Positions 29,778 through 38,809 of a stretch of DNA of 64,000 nucleotides are shown piece after piece. The DNA lies in NCBI GenBank assembly GCA_963742255.1, contig CAVUKW010000007.1:1680-65679 (forward strand), read 5' to 3'. Position numbers and translations under genes: made by a program. The DNA is from Terriglobia bacterium. GTDB taxonomy: Bacteria > Acidobacteriota > Terriglobia > Bryobacterales > Bryobacteraceae. A model generated the notes under the pieces. The model was not told the DNA's origin. It saw only the letters and a program-made list of their open reading frames with translations, and did not search any database. Numbering within the stretch: position 1 is the first letter of the stretch; each line of letters starts with the position of its first letter.

Positions 29778-31155
29778 TCACTGGCCACTGATGGTCATCT
29801 CCCGAATCAGAATCGTGGGCGCGGCGATGGAGCCGCGAAATTCGAGATCCGAGCCGATCTGCTCCAGGTCCATCAGCATCTGCTTCATGTTTCCGGCGAT
29901 GGTGATCTCGGAAACAGGATACGCCAATTCGCCGTTCTCAATCCACAGGCCCGCCGCGCCGGAGGAATAATCGCCGGTGACGGTGTTCGCGCCGCCGCCG
30001 ATCAGCTCGGTCACGTACAATCCGCTGGCGGACGCCGGCGATGAGTTTCTCCGGCGCGATGCGCGCCCGCTTCGATGTAAAAAGTTGCCCGGACCGACGC
30101 CGGCGTTGCCCGGTGATGCCGCGCGACGCGTTGCCGGTGGTCTTCAGACCCAGCTTGCGCGCGGTGTACGTGTTCAGCAGGTAGCTCTTCAGCACGCCGC
30201 GCTCGATCACCACGGTGCGCGCGAGCCGTCACGCCTTCGTCGTCGAACGGCGAGCTGCCGAACAGCCCGGGCATGGTCGCGTCGTCGACCACGGTCAGCG
30301 ATTCGGAGGCGATCTTTTCGCCCAGCTTGCCCGCCAGGAACGACGCGTGCCGATAGATCGCCGAGCCGTTCACCGCGTCGAACATGTCGCCCAGCAACGC
30401 GCGCGCCGTGCGCGGCTCGAAGATCACCGGAACTTTCTGCGTCGCGACCTTGCGCGGATTCAACCGCCGCAGCGCGCGTTCCGCCGCGTTCCGGCCGACC
30501 TCTTCCGGGCTCTCGAGCTTGGACGCCGTGCGCGACGACGGAGTACCAGTAGTCGCGCTCCATGGACCCGTCCTGCTTCGCGACCGGCGACACGCTCAAG
30601 GCCGCAGCTCGACGTCCGGTAGCTGCCGACAAATCCGCGCGAATTCGCGAACACGCGGCGGCCCAGGTACGAATCGAACGACGCGCCTTCGGAATTCTGA
30701 ATGCGCGGATCGACGCTGAACGCGGCGTCTTCGGCGCGCTTGGCCTGCTCGATTTTCCACTCGCGTGTCCATCTCGCGATCGCGTCGTCGTACAGGCTGC
30801 AGGTCGCCGGTCGAGCTTGCCCAGATCGTCGCGGTCCGGCAATCCCGGCGTGCGGATCTTCGCTGGTGATCTTCGCTAGCTCCAGCGCCGCCGCGCACCA
30901 TCTTCTCGATTCCTTCGGGCGACAGATCGGAGGTGTAGGACGATCCGCGTCCGCTTGCCCGACCAGCACGCGAATTCCCGCGCCGCGCGAGCCCGCTTCC
31001 TTCAGGCTTTCCACTTCGCGCATGCGCACGCTGACGGAAAATTCCTCGCCTTCGGAGATGGTGCATTCGGCGTCGGTCGCGCCGCCCGCGAGCGCGCGCT
31101 TGACGGCGTCGGCGGCGAACTGTTCGAGGTCGTCAGTCGCTGCAGCGCTGCTCAT
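29778..31155 (-). CDS. pmbA: TldE/PmbA metalloprotease subunit, at least 3 frameshifts
   Basis: Pieces 30460..31524 (from ATG 31155: [22 protein letters not shown]), 30011..30463, 29938..30213 and 29778..30020 ([24 protein letters not shown]). Confidence 0.85.
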
Positions 31156-32589
31156 GCAGCTGTCCCGCCCACCGTCATCCGGTCGATCTTCACCGTCGGA
31201 ATGCCCACGCCCACCGGCACGCTCTGGCCTTCCTTGCCGCACATGCCGATGCCTTCGTCGAGCTGCAGATCGTTGCCCACCATGCTCACGTACTTCAGCG
31301 CCTCCGGACCGTTGCCGATCAGCGACGCGCCGCGCACCGGGCGCGTGAGCTTGCCGTCTTCGATCAGATAGCTTTCGGTCGCCGAGAACACGAAGTTGCC
31401 GCTGGTGATATCCACCTGCCCGCCGCCGAACGTCGTGCAGTACAGGCCCTTGCGGCACCGAGCGGATGATTTCCTCCGGATCGCTCTCGCCCGCCAGCAT
31501 GTACGTGTTGGTCATGCGCGGCATGGGGATGTGCTGATAGCTTTCGCGGCGGCCGCTGCCGGTCGACGGCGCTCTTCATCAGGCGGCTGGAGAGCTTGTC
31601 CTGCAAATAGCCGCGCAGGATTCCGTTTTCGATCAGCACATTCTGCTGCGTCGGCATGCCTTCGTCGTCCACGTTGAGCGATCCGCGGCGGCTGCCGATG
31701 GTGCCGTCGTCGATCACGGTGCACAGAGGACTGGCCACCTGCTGGCCGATGCGTCCGCTGAAGGCCGAGACGTCCCTTGCGATTGAAATCGGCTTCCAGG
31801 CCGTGGCCCACGGCTTCATGCAGCAGAATTCCGGGCCATCCCGGACCCAGCACGACGGTCATTTCGCCGGCCGGCGCTTCGACCGCGCCCAGTTGCACGA
31901 TGGCCTGGCGCGCGGCTTCCTGCGCGAAATGCTCCGGCGTTTTTTCGTTGAGGAAGAAATCGAGCGTCACGCGCCCGCCGCCGCCGGAATAGCCGTGCTG
32001 CGGAGCGCCGTCGGCTTCGCGCGCCAGCACCATCACGCTCATGCGCGCCATCGGCTGGCGATCGAAACTCAGCCGGCCTTCGCTGGTGGCGACCAGCACG
32101 TGGCGCAGGCTGTCGGCGTAGCTGGCCTGCACCTGAAACACGCGCGAATCGTAGGCGCGCGCGGCTTTATCGGCGCGCTTGACCAGGTCGACGCGTTCGG
32201 CCAGCGCCATTTCGTTCGGCGCGTGCACCATGGGATAAAGATTGTGGCGCTGCGCTTCCTCGAAACCGGTCTTGACGATGCTGGCCGGTCCCTGCGCGAT
32301 GTGCGCGGCCACGCGCGCGGCCTTGCGAATCTTTTCGGGGCTCAGATCGTCGCTGTAGGCGTAGCCGGTGCGCTCGCCGGCGAGCACGCGAACGCCGACG
32401 CCCAGCGTCACGCCTTCGGTGGCGCTTTTGACGATGCCTTCATCGATGCCGATCGGAGCTGGTCGCCAGATACTCGAAGTACAGGTCGGCGTACTCGCCG
32501 CCGGCGGAAAGCGCTTCGCTCAGATACGATTCCAGGTCGTGTTCGGTGATGCCGAATCGCTCGGCGAAAAAACTTTGAGAATAGCCCAC
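31152..32589 (-). CDS. tldD: TldD metalloprotease subunit, at least 3 frameshifts
   Basis: GTG at 32589 ([22 protein letters not shown]). Pieces 31512..32411 ([12 protein letters not shown]), 31364..31819 and 31152..31415 ([18 protein letters not shown]). ATGA overlap with pmbA. Confidence 0.85.
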
Positions 32590-32975
32590 AATCTGAGGTT
32601 ATCAGGTCCGGCCAAAAGGGAGCTGTCCTGTGGGCGCCGGACCTGCCTGCATGTCAAAGAACTGCTCACTCGTGGGATCGATCCCATTTTTACGAAACGA
32701 ACCCAACGCAGCAAGGAGCCGTCGTACAGCCGCAACGACGCCGCACCAAGACTAACGCAAATGGCGCTCGCCTATCGCTTTACGTCGTGACTTTGCCCTG
32801 CAGTGCGCGATCATTCTGTGGACCGGACGTCGACAAGAACCTGCCTCTCTGACTCGAGATTATGTAGGGTTCCTGGTTTCGGATTCCGGTGAAAGCCGGA
32901 TGTGGTTGAGAGAGAAGAGGAAAGAATATTTTCAGAAGATGGTGATTGTGGTGAAATAGCTTGGAACTTGGCGAT

Positions 32976-33067
32976 GGGACGGAGCGCTCCGTCCCTTTTC
33001 CTGGTAATGGATTGAATCGATTAGGTGCGAAAAGGACGAAAATGAAGTGCTCGACGCAGGCTGTCCC
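32976..33067 (+). repeat. REP-like unit, copy A (perfect 20-nt palindrome + diverged tail with expanded spacer)
   Basis: GGGACGGAGCGCTCCGTCCC at 32976..32995; tail ...AATGAAGTGCTCGACGCAGGCTGTCCC ends at 33067. Confidence 0.65.
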
Positions 33068-33175
33068 ACTCGTCCATACTTCGGAACGCCGCCAAACGCG
33101 CCCGGGTGGGGCCTGCTGAACTAAGACCAAAATTGCAGTTCGCCATGAAAAGCCTTGCGCTAATATTCGAATGAG

Positions 33176-33235
33176 AGGGACAGCCTGCATCAAGCGATTC
33201 ATTTTTCTTTCCAAGGGGACGGAGCGCTTCGTCTA
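33176..33235 (-). repeat. REP-like unit, copy B (inverted orientation, hairpin arm with 3 mismatches)
   Basis: AGGGACAGCCTGCATCAAGCGATTCATTTTTCTTTCCAAGGGGACGGAGCGCTTCGTCTA, 41 nt upstream of the RayT-like ATG. Confidence 0.7.
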
Positions 33236-33276
33236 CTTGGAGAAGTTTCCCCTTCGCCGACCACTTATTTTCCGAA

Positions 33277-33960
33277 ATGCCCCGCAATGCCCGCTGCGTT
33301 GTTCCGGATCTCCCCTATCATATAACCCAAAGGGGAACGAATCGGGAGACCGTTTTTCACTCCTCCGGCGACCGCCACACGTACCTCAGCCTGGTTGGTG
33401 AGAATCTGACCGACTGCGGGGTGGGCGTCCTGGCTTATTGTTTAATGACCAATCACGTCCATTGGGTGCTGGTTCCAGAGCGTGAGGACTCGCTGGCGAC
33501 GCTGTTTCGCCGGGTCCACGGACGATACGCGCAGATGTCGAATTCGCGGCGCAAACGTTCCGGTCACCTTTGGCAGAACCGCTTTTTTTCCTGTCCGCTT
33601 TCCGCGGCGCGCTTGTGGATCGCGTTACGCTACGTCGAACAGAACCCCGTGCGCGCCTTACTGGCGCGGTCGCCCGAAGATTACCGGTGGTCCAGCGCGC
33701 GGGTTCACCTGACGGGCGAACCGGATCGGGCCGGAGTGCTGGACTTGGGGTTTTGGGAACGATCAGGGGGCGTGGAGACGTGGCGCGCGATGCACACCGC
33801 GGCGGAAGACACTGGCGCCACGCACTTGTTGCGGCGGTGCACGTACTCGGGTCGTCCTTTCGGCGGCGAGGATTTCCTCAGTCGGCTGGAGGCGCAATTC
33901 GGAAGAAAATGGCGGCGATGGGGCTTCGAGCAGAAGCAGTCGGACTCGGCGGCGAGGTAA
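33277..33960 (+). mobile_element. RayT-like (REP-associated) HUH/Y1 tyrosine transposase, IS200-like fold, copy 1 (intact)
   Basis: Intact 227 aa. PYHITQRG; HUH motif MTNHVHWVLVPE; catalytic Tyr context LRYVEQNPVRA; C-terminal GRPFGGEDFLSRLE. No tnpB partner. Confidence 0.8.
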
Positions 33961-34038
33961 GATTCCGAAGCGGGACGGAGCGCTCCGTCCCTTTCGGCGA
34001 AAAAATGAAACGCTTGATGCAGGCTGTCCCTCCCGTTC
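33960..34038 (+). repeat. REP-like unit, copy C (full 79-nt form)
   Basis: AGATTCCGAAGC-GGGACGGAGCGCTCCGTCCC-TTTCGGCGAAAAAATGAAACGCTTGATGCAGGCTGTCCCTCCCGTTC. It starts at the RayT stop codon. Confidence 0.8.
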
Positions 34039-34094
34039 CGTTTGTCCCTCCCGTTTCCCTCCCGTTTCGAAGGGTGTCGAGTAGGTCGATTCGG

Positions 34095-34532
34095 TCATCG
34101 TTTCGCGACGGCAATGCCGCCAACTTCGAAGTGCGCGTCGAATAACAGCTTCGCCACACCTACAAAAGCGCGCGCTGGAAAATTCGCGTGAAAGTACTTA
34201 CTGTAGACGCCGTTGAATGCATTATAGAGACCGAGATCGGTGCAATATACCTGAATCGAGACAACATCGTCCATGGTCATGCCGGCGCTCTCGACGGTCT
34301 TTTTGAGCTGCTCCATTATGTTTCTCGCCTCTTCTTCCGCCGAAAGGCCAGCCGCGAGTTTGTCGGTATCCGCGATAGTTCCGGCAATATATAACGTCTG
34401 GCCCACCTTAACCCCGCTGCTGAAAGGCAGGTGCTTCTCGCCGGCCAGCTGCGATGTCAGAAACTTGCGATCGCTCTGCGCGGCGGCAGTTGCCGCGAGG
34501 AGAAGAAAGCCGATTAGTAGACGCGATTTCAT
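34095..34532 (-). CDS. RidA/YjgF/L-PSP family protein with signal peptide
   Basis: Met at 34532 inside ORF 34095..34691, with GGAGGA upstream. MKSRLLIGFLLLAATAAAQS; GQTLYIAGTIA...DVVSIQVYCTDL...ARAFVGVAKL. Confidence 0.8.
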   Translation of the reverse strand: MKSRLLIGFLLLAATAAAQSDRKFLTSQLAGEKHLPFSSGVKVGQTLYIAGTIADTDKLAAGLSAEEEARNIMEQLKKTVESAGMTMDDVVSIQVYCTDLGLYNAFNGVYSKYFHANFPARAFVGVAKLLFDAHFEVGGIAVAKR

Positions 34533-34653
34533 TTTTGTTTCCTCCAGGATCGAAGTGCGTGGATGCTTTGCAACGCGGCAGCGGCCGACAACACCAGGAG
34601 CTGCGCATAGGCGGATTCTATCGCAATTGCCCAGCGAAGGGATCTCCCCGGAC

Positions 34654-35526
34654 CTACGCCTTAACGGCGTTCTGTGCAGCCGCAAACACATCGCGTGCGG
34701 ACGTCGTACCCGCTACGTGCTCCGTACCCGCGATTCCGAGCTCCATCCATCCCGCGTTAATGCCCTCATACATTTCTTCGGCGGGTCCGGTGTGGCCTTT
34801 CGGGATGCCGAACTGCTCGAACGCTTCCGCCCACCCTGCACGCGGGACGGCAAAGGCCTTTACGTCGAGTTTCAGGACTTCACCCAATTGTCCGGCCACT
34901 TCATCCGCGCTTACCATCGAACCCAGCTCGATCACGCGATGTCCCGACCACGCCGGCCCGGTCAGAAGCGCTGCCACCTCCGCGCCGATGTCGTTTGACG
35001 CGACCATCGTCGATTTCCGGTTTGTAGGATTGTAGAAGACCGGCAGGGTTCCGCCCTGGGCGGCCTGTAAGCCGAAAAGAAAGTTTTCGAAAAAGCCGCC
35101 TGCGCGCACATACGCGACCGGAAATGGCAGGCTGCGAAAACCTTGCTCCAAAAGCGATAAGGACGTGATCATCCCCAGCCCGCTTGTTCTGTTCGCGCCC
35201 ATCGACGAGAGCGCCACCACTCGCGGCGGCACTGCCTTGGTCACCGCCTGGACATAGTTCGCAATCACGCCTTTTGCTTCTCTGTAATCAGGCGAGGGCG
35301 CCCATACCGCCGGCAACATAACGAACGTGCCCTCAACACCTTTGAGCGCCGCCGCTATGGCGGCCGCATCGTTCCAGTCGCCATCCACCAGCTCCACGCC
35401 CTGGTCCGCCCACTTCGCCGCTTTCTCGCGATTGCGCACCAGTGCTCGCACCTGTTTGCCTTGCTTCAGCAAATGCTGCGCGGTGGCGCCGCCAACTTTT
35501 CCAGTAATGCCCATGACTAAATACAT
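34654..35526 (-). CDS. NmrA-family NAD(P)-binding protein
   Basis: Intact 290 aa. VMGITGKVGGATAQHLLKQGKQVRALVRN Rossmann start. Confidence 0.8.
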   Translation of the reverse strand: MYLVMGITGKVGGATAQHLLKQGKQVRALVRNREKAAKWADQGVELVDGDWNDAAAIAAALKGVEGTFVMLPAVWAPSPDYREAKGVIANYVQAVTKAVPPRVVALSSMGANRTSGLGMITSLSLLEQGFRSLPFPVAYVRAGGFFENFLFGLQAAQGGTLPVFYNPTNRKSTMVASNDIGAEVAALLTGPAWSGHRVIELGSMVSADEVAGQLGEVLKLDVKAFAVPRAGWAEAFEQFGIPKGHTGPAEEMYEGINAGWMELGIAGTEHVAGTTSARDVFAAAQNAVKA

Positions 35527-35554
35527 TGCTCGTTTCTCCTTGTTGTTTTTCCAG

Positions 35555-35572
35555 CGATACGGTACCGTATCG
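35555..35572. promoter_or_regulatory. Perfect 18-nt palindrome, candidate TetR operator in the nmrA/tetR divergent promoter region
   Basis: CGATACGGTACCGTATCG. A related half-site, ACGGTAC, recurs at about 35583. Confidence 0.5.
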
Positions 35573-35615
35573 TATCTGTGCTACGGTACTGTAGAGTACT
35601 GTTCGAGGTGAAAAG

Positions 35616-36260
35616 TTGCAGACGAAAACGAAAGATTCTGATGCGGTCCACACTTTTGATGCACCCAACACTTTTGATGCACCCCACACTTTTGATGAAC
35701 CCAACGAGGACAAGAGGGTTCAGCGGTCAAAAAATGCCATCTTGGCGGTGACCTACAAATTGCTGAGCGAAGAAGGTATTGGAGGTCTCAGTATCGACGA
35801 AGTTTCGCGGCGCTCTGGTGTTTCCAAAACAACCATCTATCGTCATTGGCCATCACGTTCGGCGTTGTTGATGGATGCTTGTTCGAAGATTGGACCTGCG
35901 CCGGTCATCCCGGACACAGGCACCTTACGAGGCGATGTTGCCGCGCTAGCGACCGGGTTGGCTCAACAGTTAAAAGCCGCACGCTGGGCGGCCGTTCTTC
36001 CTTCGATTATCGACGCAGCAGAGCGGGAACCGGAGTTGGCGCAGCTTCTCGCTCAGTTGCTCGCCGGTCAGGTGGCGCCGTATTTTGCAGTTGCTGAGCG
36101 AGCTAAGAAGAAGGGCGAACTGGCCCCCGGGACGAACGTGTCTGAGTTTGTAGCCTCAATCGTCGCGCCTTTTTTCTATCGGCGCTGGTTCACGCGGCAG
36201 CCCCTCGACGATGCATTTGTGAAAGGCGTGGTTCGTGGTCTCTTGACTCAACGGAAGTAA
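35616..36260 (+). CDS. TetR/AcrR-family transcriptional regulator
   Basis: Intact ORF with a TTG start as in the track. HTH: LSIDEVSRRSGVSKTTIYRHWPSRSALL. The unusual 35-aa N-terminal leader contains a repeat. Confidence 0.85.
   Translation: MQTKTKDSDAVHTFDAPNTFDAPHTFDEPNEDKRVQRSKNAILAVTYKLLSEEGIGGLSIDEVSRRSGVSKTTIYRHWPSRSALLMDACSKIGPAPVIPDTGTLRGDVAALATGLAQQLKAARWAAVLPSIIDAAEREPELAQLLAQLLAGQVAPYFAVAERAKKKGELAPGTNVSEFVASIVAPFFYRRWFTRQPLDDAFVKGVVRGLLTQRK
35650..35703 (+). repeat. 3 x 18-nt tandem repeat (ACACTTTTGATGCACCCA) inside the 5' end of the tetR ORF
   Basis: Units at 35650, 35668 and 35686 with 1-2 mismatches; they encode HTFDAP/NTFDAP/HTFDEP. Confidence 0.8.
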
Positions 36261-36284
36261 AACCGCGGACTCGGCCGCGTCGTG

Positions 36285-36363
36285 AGATTCCAAAGCGGGA
36301 CGGAGCGCTCCGTCCCTTTCGGCGAAAAAATGAAACGCTTGATGCAGGCTGTCCCTTCCGTTC
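36285..36363 (+). repeat. REP-like unit, copy D (full 79-nt form; 77/79 identical to copy C, same orientation)
   Basis: AGATTCCAAAGC-GGGACGGAGCGCTCCGTCCC-TTTCGGCGAAAAAATGAAACGCTTGATGCAGGCTGTCCCTTCCGTTC, 25 nt after the tetR stop. Confidence 0.8.
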
Positions 36364-36499
36364 TTCACTTGCTCGATCTCTTCACTTTGTTGAAACTTGT
36401 GTCACGCTCCGGACTATTTGATTCAACACCGATCGATATTCCAGCTCGTCTTTAGCCCCCTGTCTGAATTCTAACTGCGCAGCGAAAAGTTGCCCATGC

Positions 36500-37555
36500 A
36501 ACGAGTACCGTGAGCTGGCCGGGCGCGATCAACTGCGCGCGGCAGGTGTGCTCGATCAAGCGCTTGGCCAGTTCGGCGCTTTCGCGATACGCGATCATCC
36601 AACCGACCACGTAACGGCTGAAGACGTCGAGGATGACATAAAGGTGATAACAGGTCCATTTCACCGGGCCGCGCAGCTTGGTGATGTCCCAACTCCATAG
36701 CTGATTGGCTGTGGTGGCCAGCAACTCCGGCTTCTGATAGGGCGGATGGGTGAGCTGATCGCGACGCTCGCGGCTTTCGCCATGCGTTTCCAACAGCCGA
36801 TACATGGTGCGAATGGAGCAATGAAACCGGCCTTCATCGAGCAGTGCCGCATACACCTGCGCGGGCGAGCAATCCTGAAAACGCTCCTCATGAAGGCACG
36901 CTAGTACGTTGGACTGTTCGCCACCGGAAAGTGCTCGCGCCGAATGCCGCTGCGGTTTCGCGGAAGCGGGGACGGCAGGAAAAAGGACGCGGCGCTTCCA
37001 TCGCCGATACCAGGTTGCGCGCGGAACCGACAACGCCTGGCAGGCTCGCTTCATTCCTACTAAAGGACGAAGTTGATCCAGAGCGGTCATGATCACTTCT
37101 CCCCGAGAGGAACCTCTGCGAGGGGATACCCCAACAGCTTGGCCACTTTTTTTTGGACGTCGATAACGATATGGGCTTTCTCCAGTTCCTCCTGCAAGCG
37201 CTGATTCTGGCGTCGCAGCTTTTCGTTTTCTCCGGATAGCGGATTGCGTTGCGGCCGCGGGCCTCGCTTCTGAGAAAAAGCTTTATGCACGGCGGCGGCG
37301 CGTTCCTTGCGCCAGCCGTACAACGTCGAGGAATAGATTCCCTCGCGCCGCAGCACGGCACCGATGCCACCGTGCCCGCTGGCGCGATCGACGTTCTCCA
37401 GAATCCGCTTCTTGTCTTCCGCGCTGAACTTGCGCCGCTGCGCCTTGGCCGGCACTTCCGGATCCGGCGAATTGGTTACAAAAGGAACTACTGTCTTGGG
37501 TTCGCTCACGATAATAGGCCGTCACCCTGCAATAATAAATATTCGGGCCTGCATC
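36500..37555 (-). mobile_element. IS3-family insertion sequence remnant (orfA intact, orfB truncated after about 200 aa; right end missing)
   Basis: orfA is 37093..37509 (HTH; leucine-zipper-like KLRRQNQRLQEELEKA). orfB is 36452..37096 (NQLWSWDITKL...YVILDVFSRYVVGW = first D of DDE) and loses similarity after GQLTV at about 36505. The left boundary is approximate. Confidence 0.75.
37147..37154 (-). promoter_or_regulatory. A8 slippery run at the orfA/orfB overlap (programmed -1 frameshift site typical of IS3 family)
   Basis: T8 on the + strand, i.e. CAAAAAAAAG on the coding strand, just before the orfA stop. orfB is in the -1 frame. Confidence 0.5.
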
Positions 37556-37559
37556 ATAT

Positions 37560-37939
37560 CGCGAGTCTACCTCGACGTATGAGCTAACGTCAGCATGCTT
37601 TCCCATCTGGAGATCCACGTCTTTTCGTTGGAGCTCCTCCGAGTATCGAAGGCTGCTCGCGATCCATGCTTTCATAGGTTCTGTTGCACCGTTGTGCGGA
37701 AAAATGGTAATCTCGGCCTCTTCCGCTGGCACAAGCCCTCCTTCGAGGGCATGGGATCGAGAATACGTCGTTGCAGCAATCGTTCCGTTGGGGGAATTGT
37801 GCCAAATCGTCCAGTTACTAGGAATCGTAACGCTGTAATGCTGCTGACGGTTTAAGACAGCGCGCCAACCTTGTGCCGAAAGTGCGGTAGCAACCAATAT
37901 GATGGCGCCGAGGAATGCTAATGCTTTTTTGGAATCCAT
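37560..37939 (-). pseudogene. Small exported protein gene interrupted at its 3' end by the IS3 element
   Basis: Met at 37939 in ORF 37283..38050. MDSKKALAFLGAIILVATALSAQG signal/anchor. The reading frame runs into the IS left end. Low GC. No family recognised. Confidence 0.5.
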
Positions 37940-38064
37940 GGTGGTTTCGCCCATAACTGAGTTACCTTCGGAGTCGCATGGGAATAGCAGGTCATTCGGA
38001 TTGCCGCGGCATCGGGGACGGCATCGGGGACAGGCTGACGCGACTCGCATGAAATCATATTTCC

Positions 38065-38086
38065 GGGACAGTCCATCGTCTGTCCC
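38065..38086. repeat. REP-like hairpin flanking RayT copy 2 (3' side)
   Basis: GGGACAG-TCCATCGT-CTGTCCC. Confidence 0.6.
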
Positions 38087-38113
38087 ATCGCCATTCTACG
38101 CCGATTTTGCAGA

Positions 38114-38773
38114 CTATTTCGATTCCCCGTTCCCTCTCCATGACCGCCCGAACTGCTCCTCCATTCGCGCCACAAAATCGTCGCCGCCGAACGGCCGGCC
38201 TCCGTACGTGCATTGCCGCAACGGCTCGATCTGTTCCTCGCTCAGCGATGCCTCATACATCTCCCTCCAGGTCGACTCTCCGCCCGATCGTTCCCAAAAC
38301 GGCAAATCGATCAAATTGTACTCGTCGCCGCGCACGCCGAAATGCGCCGCCGCACTCGACCAGCGGTACTTCTCCGGTCGCTCGGCAATGCCCGCCCGGC
38401 ATGGATTTTCTTCCACATAGCGCAGCGCAGTCGCCAGGTGAGCGCCATCGAGCGGGCAGGAGTAGAATCGGCCTTGCCACAAATGCCCGCTGCGTCCCCG
38501 CCGGGTGTTGACGTACTGGGCGTAGCGTCCATGCACGCGCCGGAACAGAACGGCGAGCGAATCGGACCGTTCCGGGATCACGATGGCATGGATATGGTTG
38601 GTCATCAACGCATAGGCGAGCACCCGGACCCTGGCACCGCTCAGGTTGCGGCTGAGCAGGCGGAGGTACATTTCGCGATCACTATTAAGGAAGAAGACTC
38701 GTTGGCGATCCGTACCCCTCTGAGTGACGTGGTAAGGAATGCCCGGCAGCACACATCGAGCGTTTCTCGGCAT
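38114..38773 (-). mobile_element. RayT-like HUH/Y1 tyrosine transposase, copy 2 (divergent paralog, intact)
   Basis: ORF 38114..38809; likely Met at 38773 (MPRNARCVLPGIPYHVTQRG). HUH: MTNHIHAIVIPE. LRYVEENPCRA. Roughly 60 percent identical to copy 1 by eye. Confidence 0.8.
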
Positions 38774-38809
38774 ATCTGAAAAGTGAGAAGTCTGCGAAAA
38801 GGTTCTCAT

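Noticed and set aside
32603-32645. Possible SRP (4.5S) RNA because of AGGTCCGG... resemblance
   Set aside because: It lacks the conserved GGAAGCAGCC strand and the GNAR tetraloop context, and the loop sequence does not match domain IV.
32850-32900. tRNA-like T-arm (GGTTTCGGATTCC) or a tRNA fragment as an island attachment site
   Set aside because: No cloverleaf can be drawn: there is no acceptor stem, anticodon arm or proper 7-nt T-loop.
34021-34070. Short CCCTCCCGTT-like triplication after REP copy C as a separate repeat family
   Set aside because: It is too short and imperfect, and it is absent after the otherwise identical copy D. It is most likely local slippage at the unit's tail.
35650-35703. 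Mini CRISPR-like array
   Set aside because: The three 18-nt units are directly tandem with no spacers and lie inside an ORF. No cas genes are present anywhere in the window.
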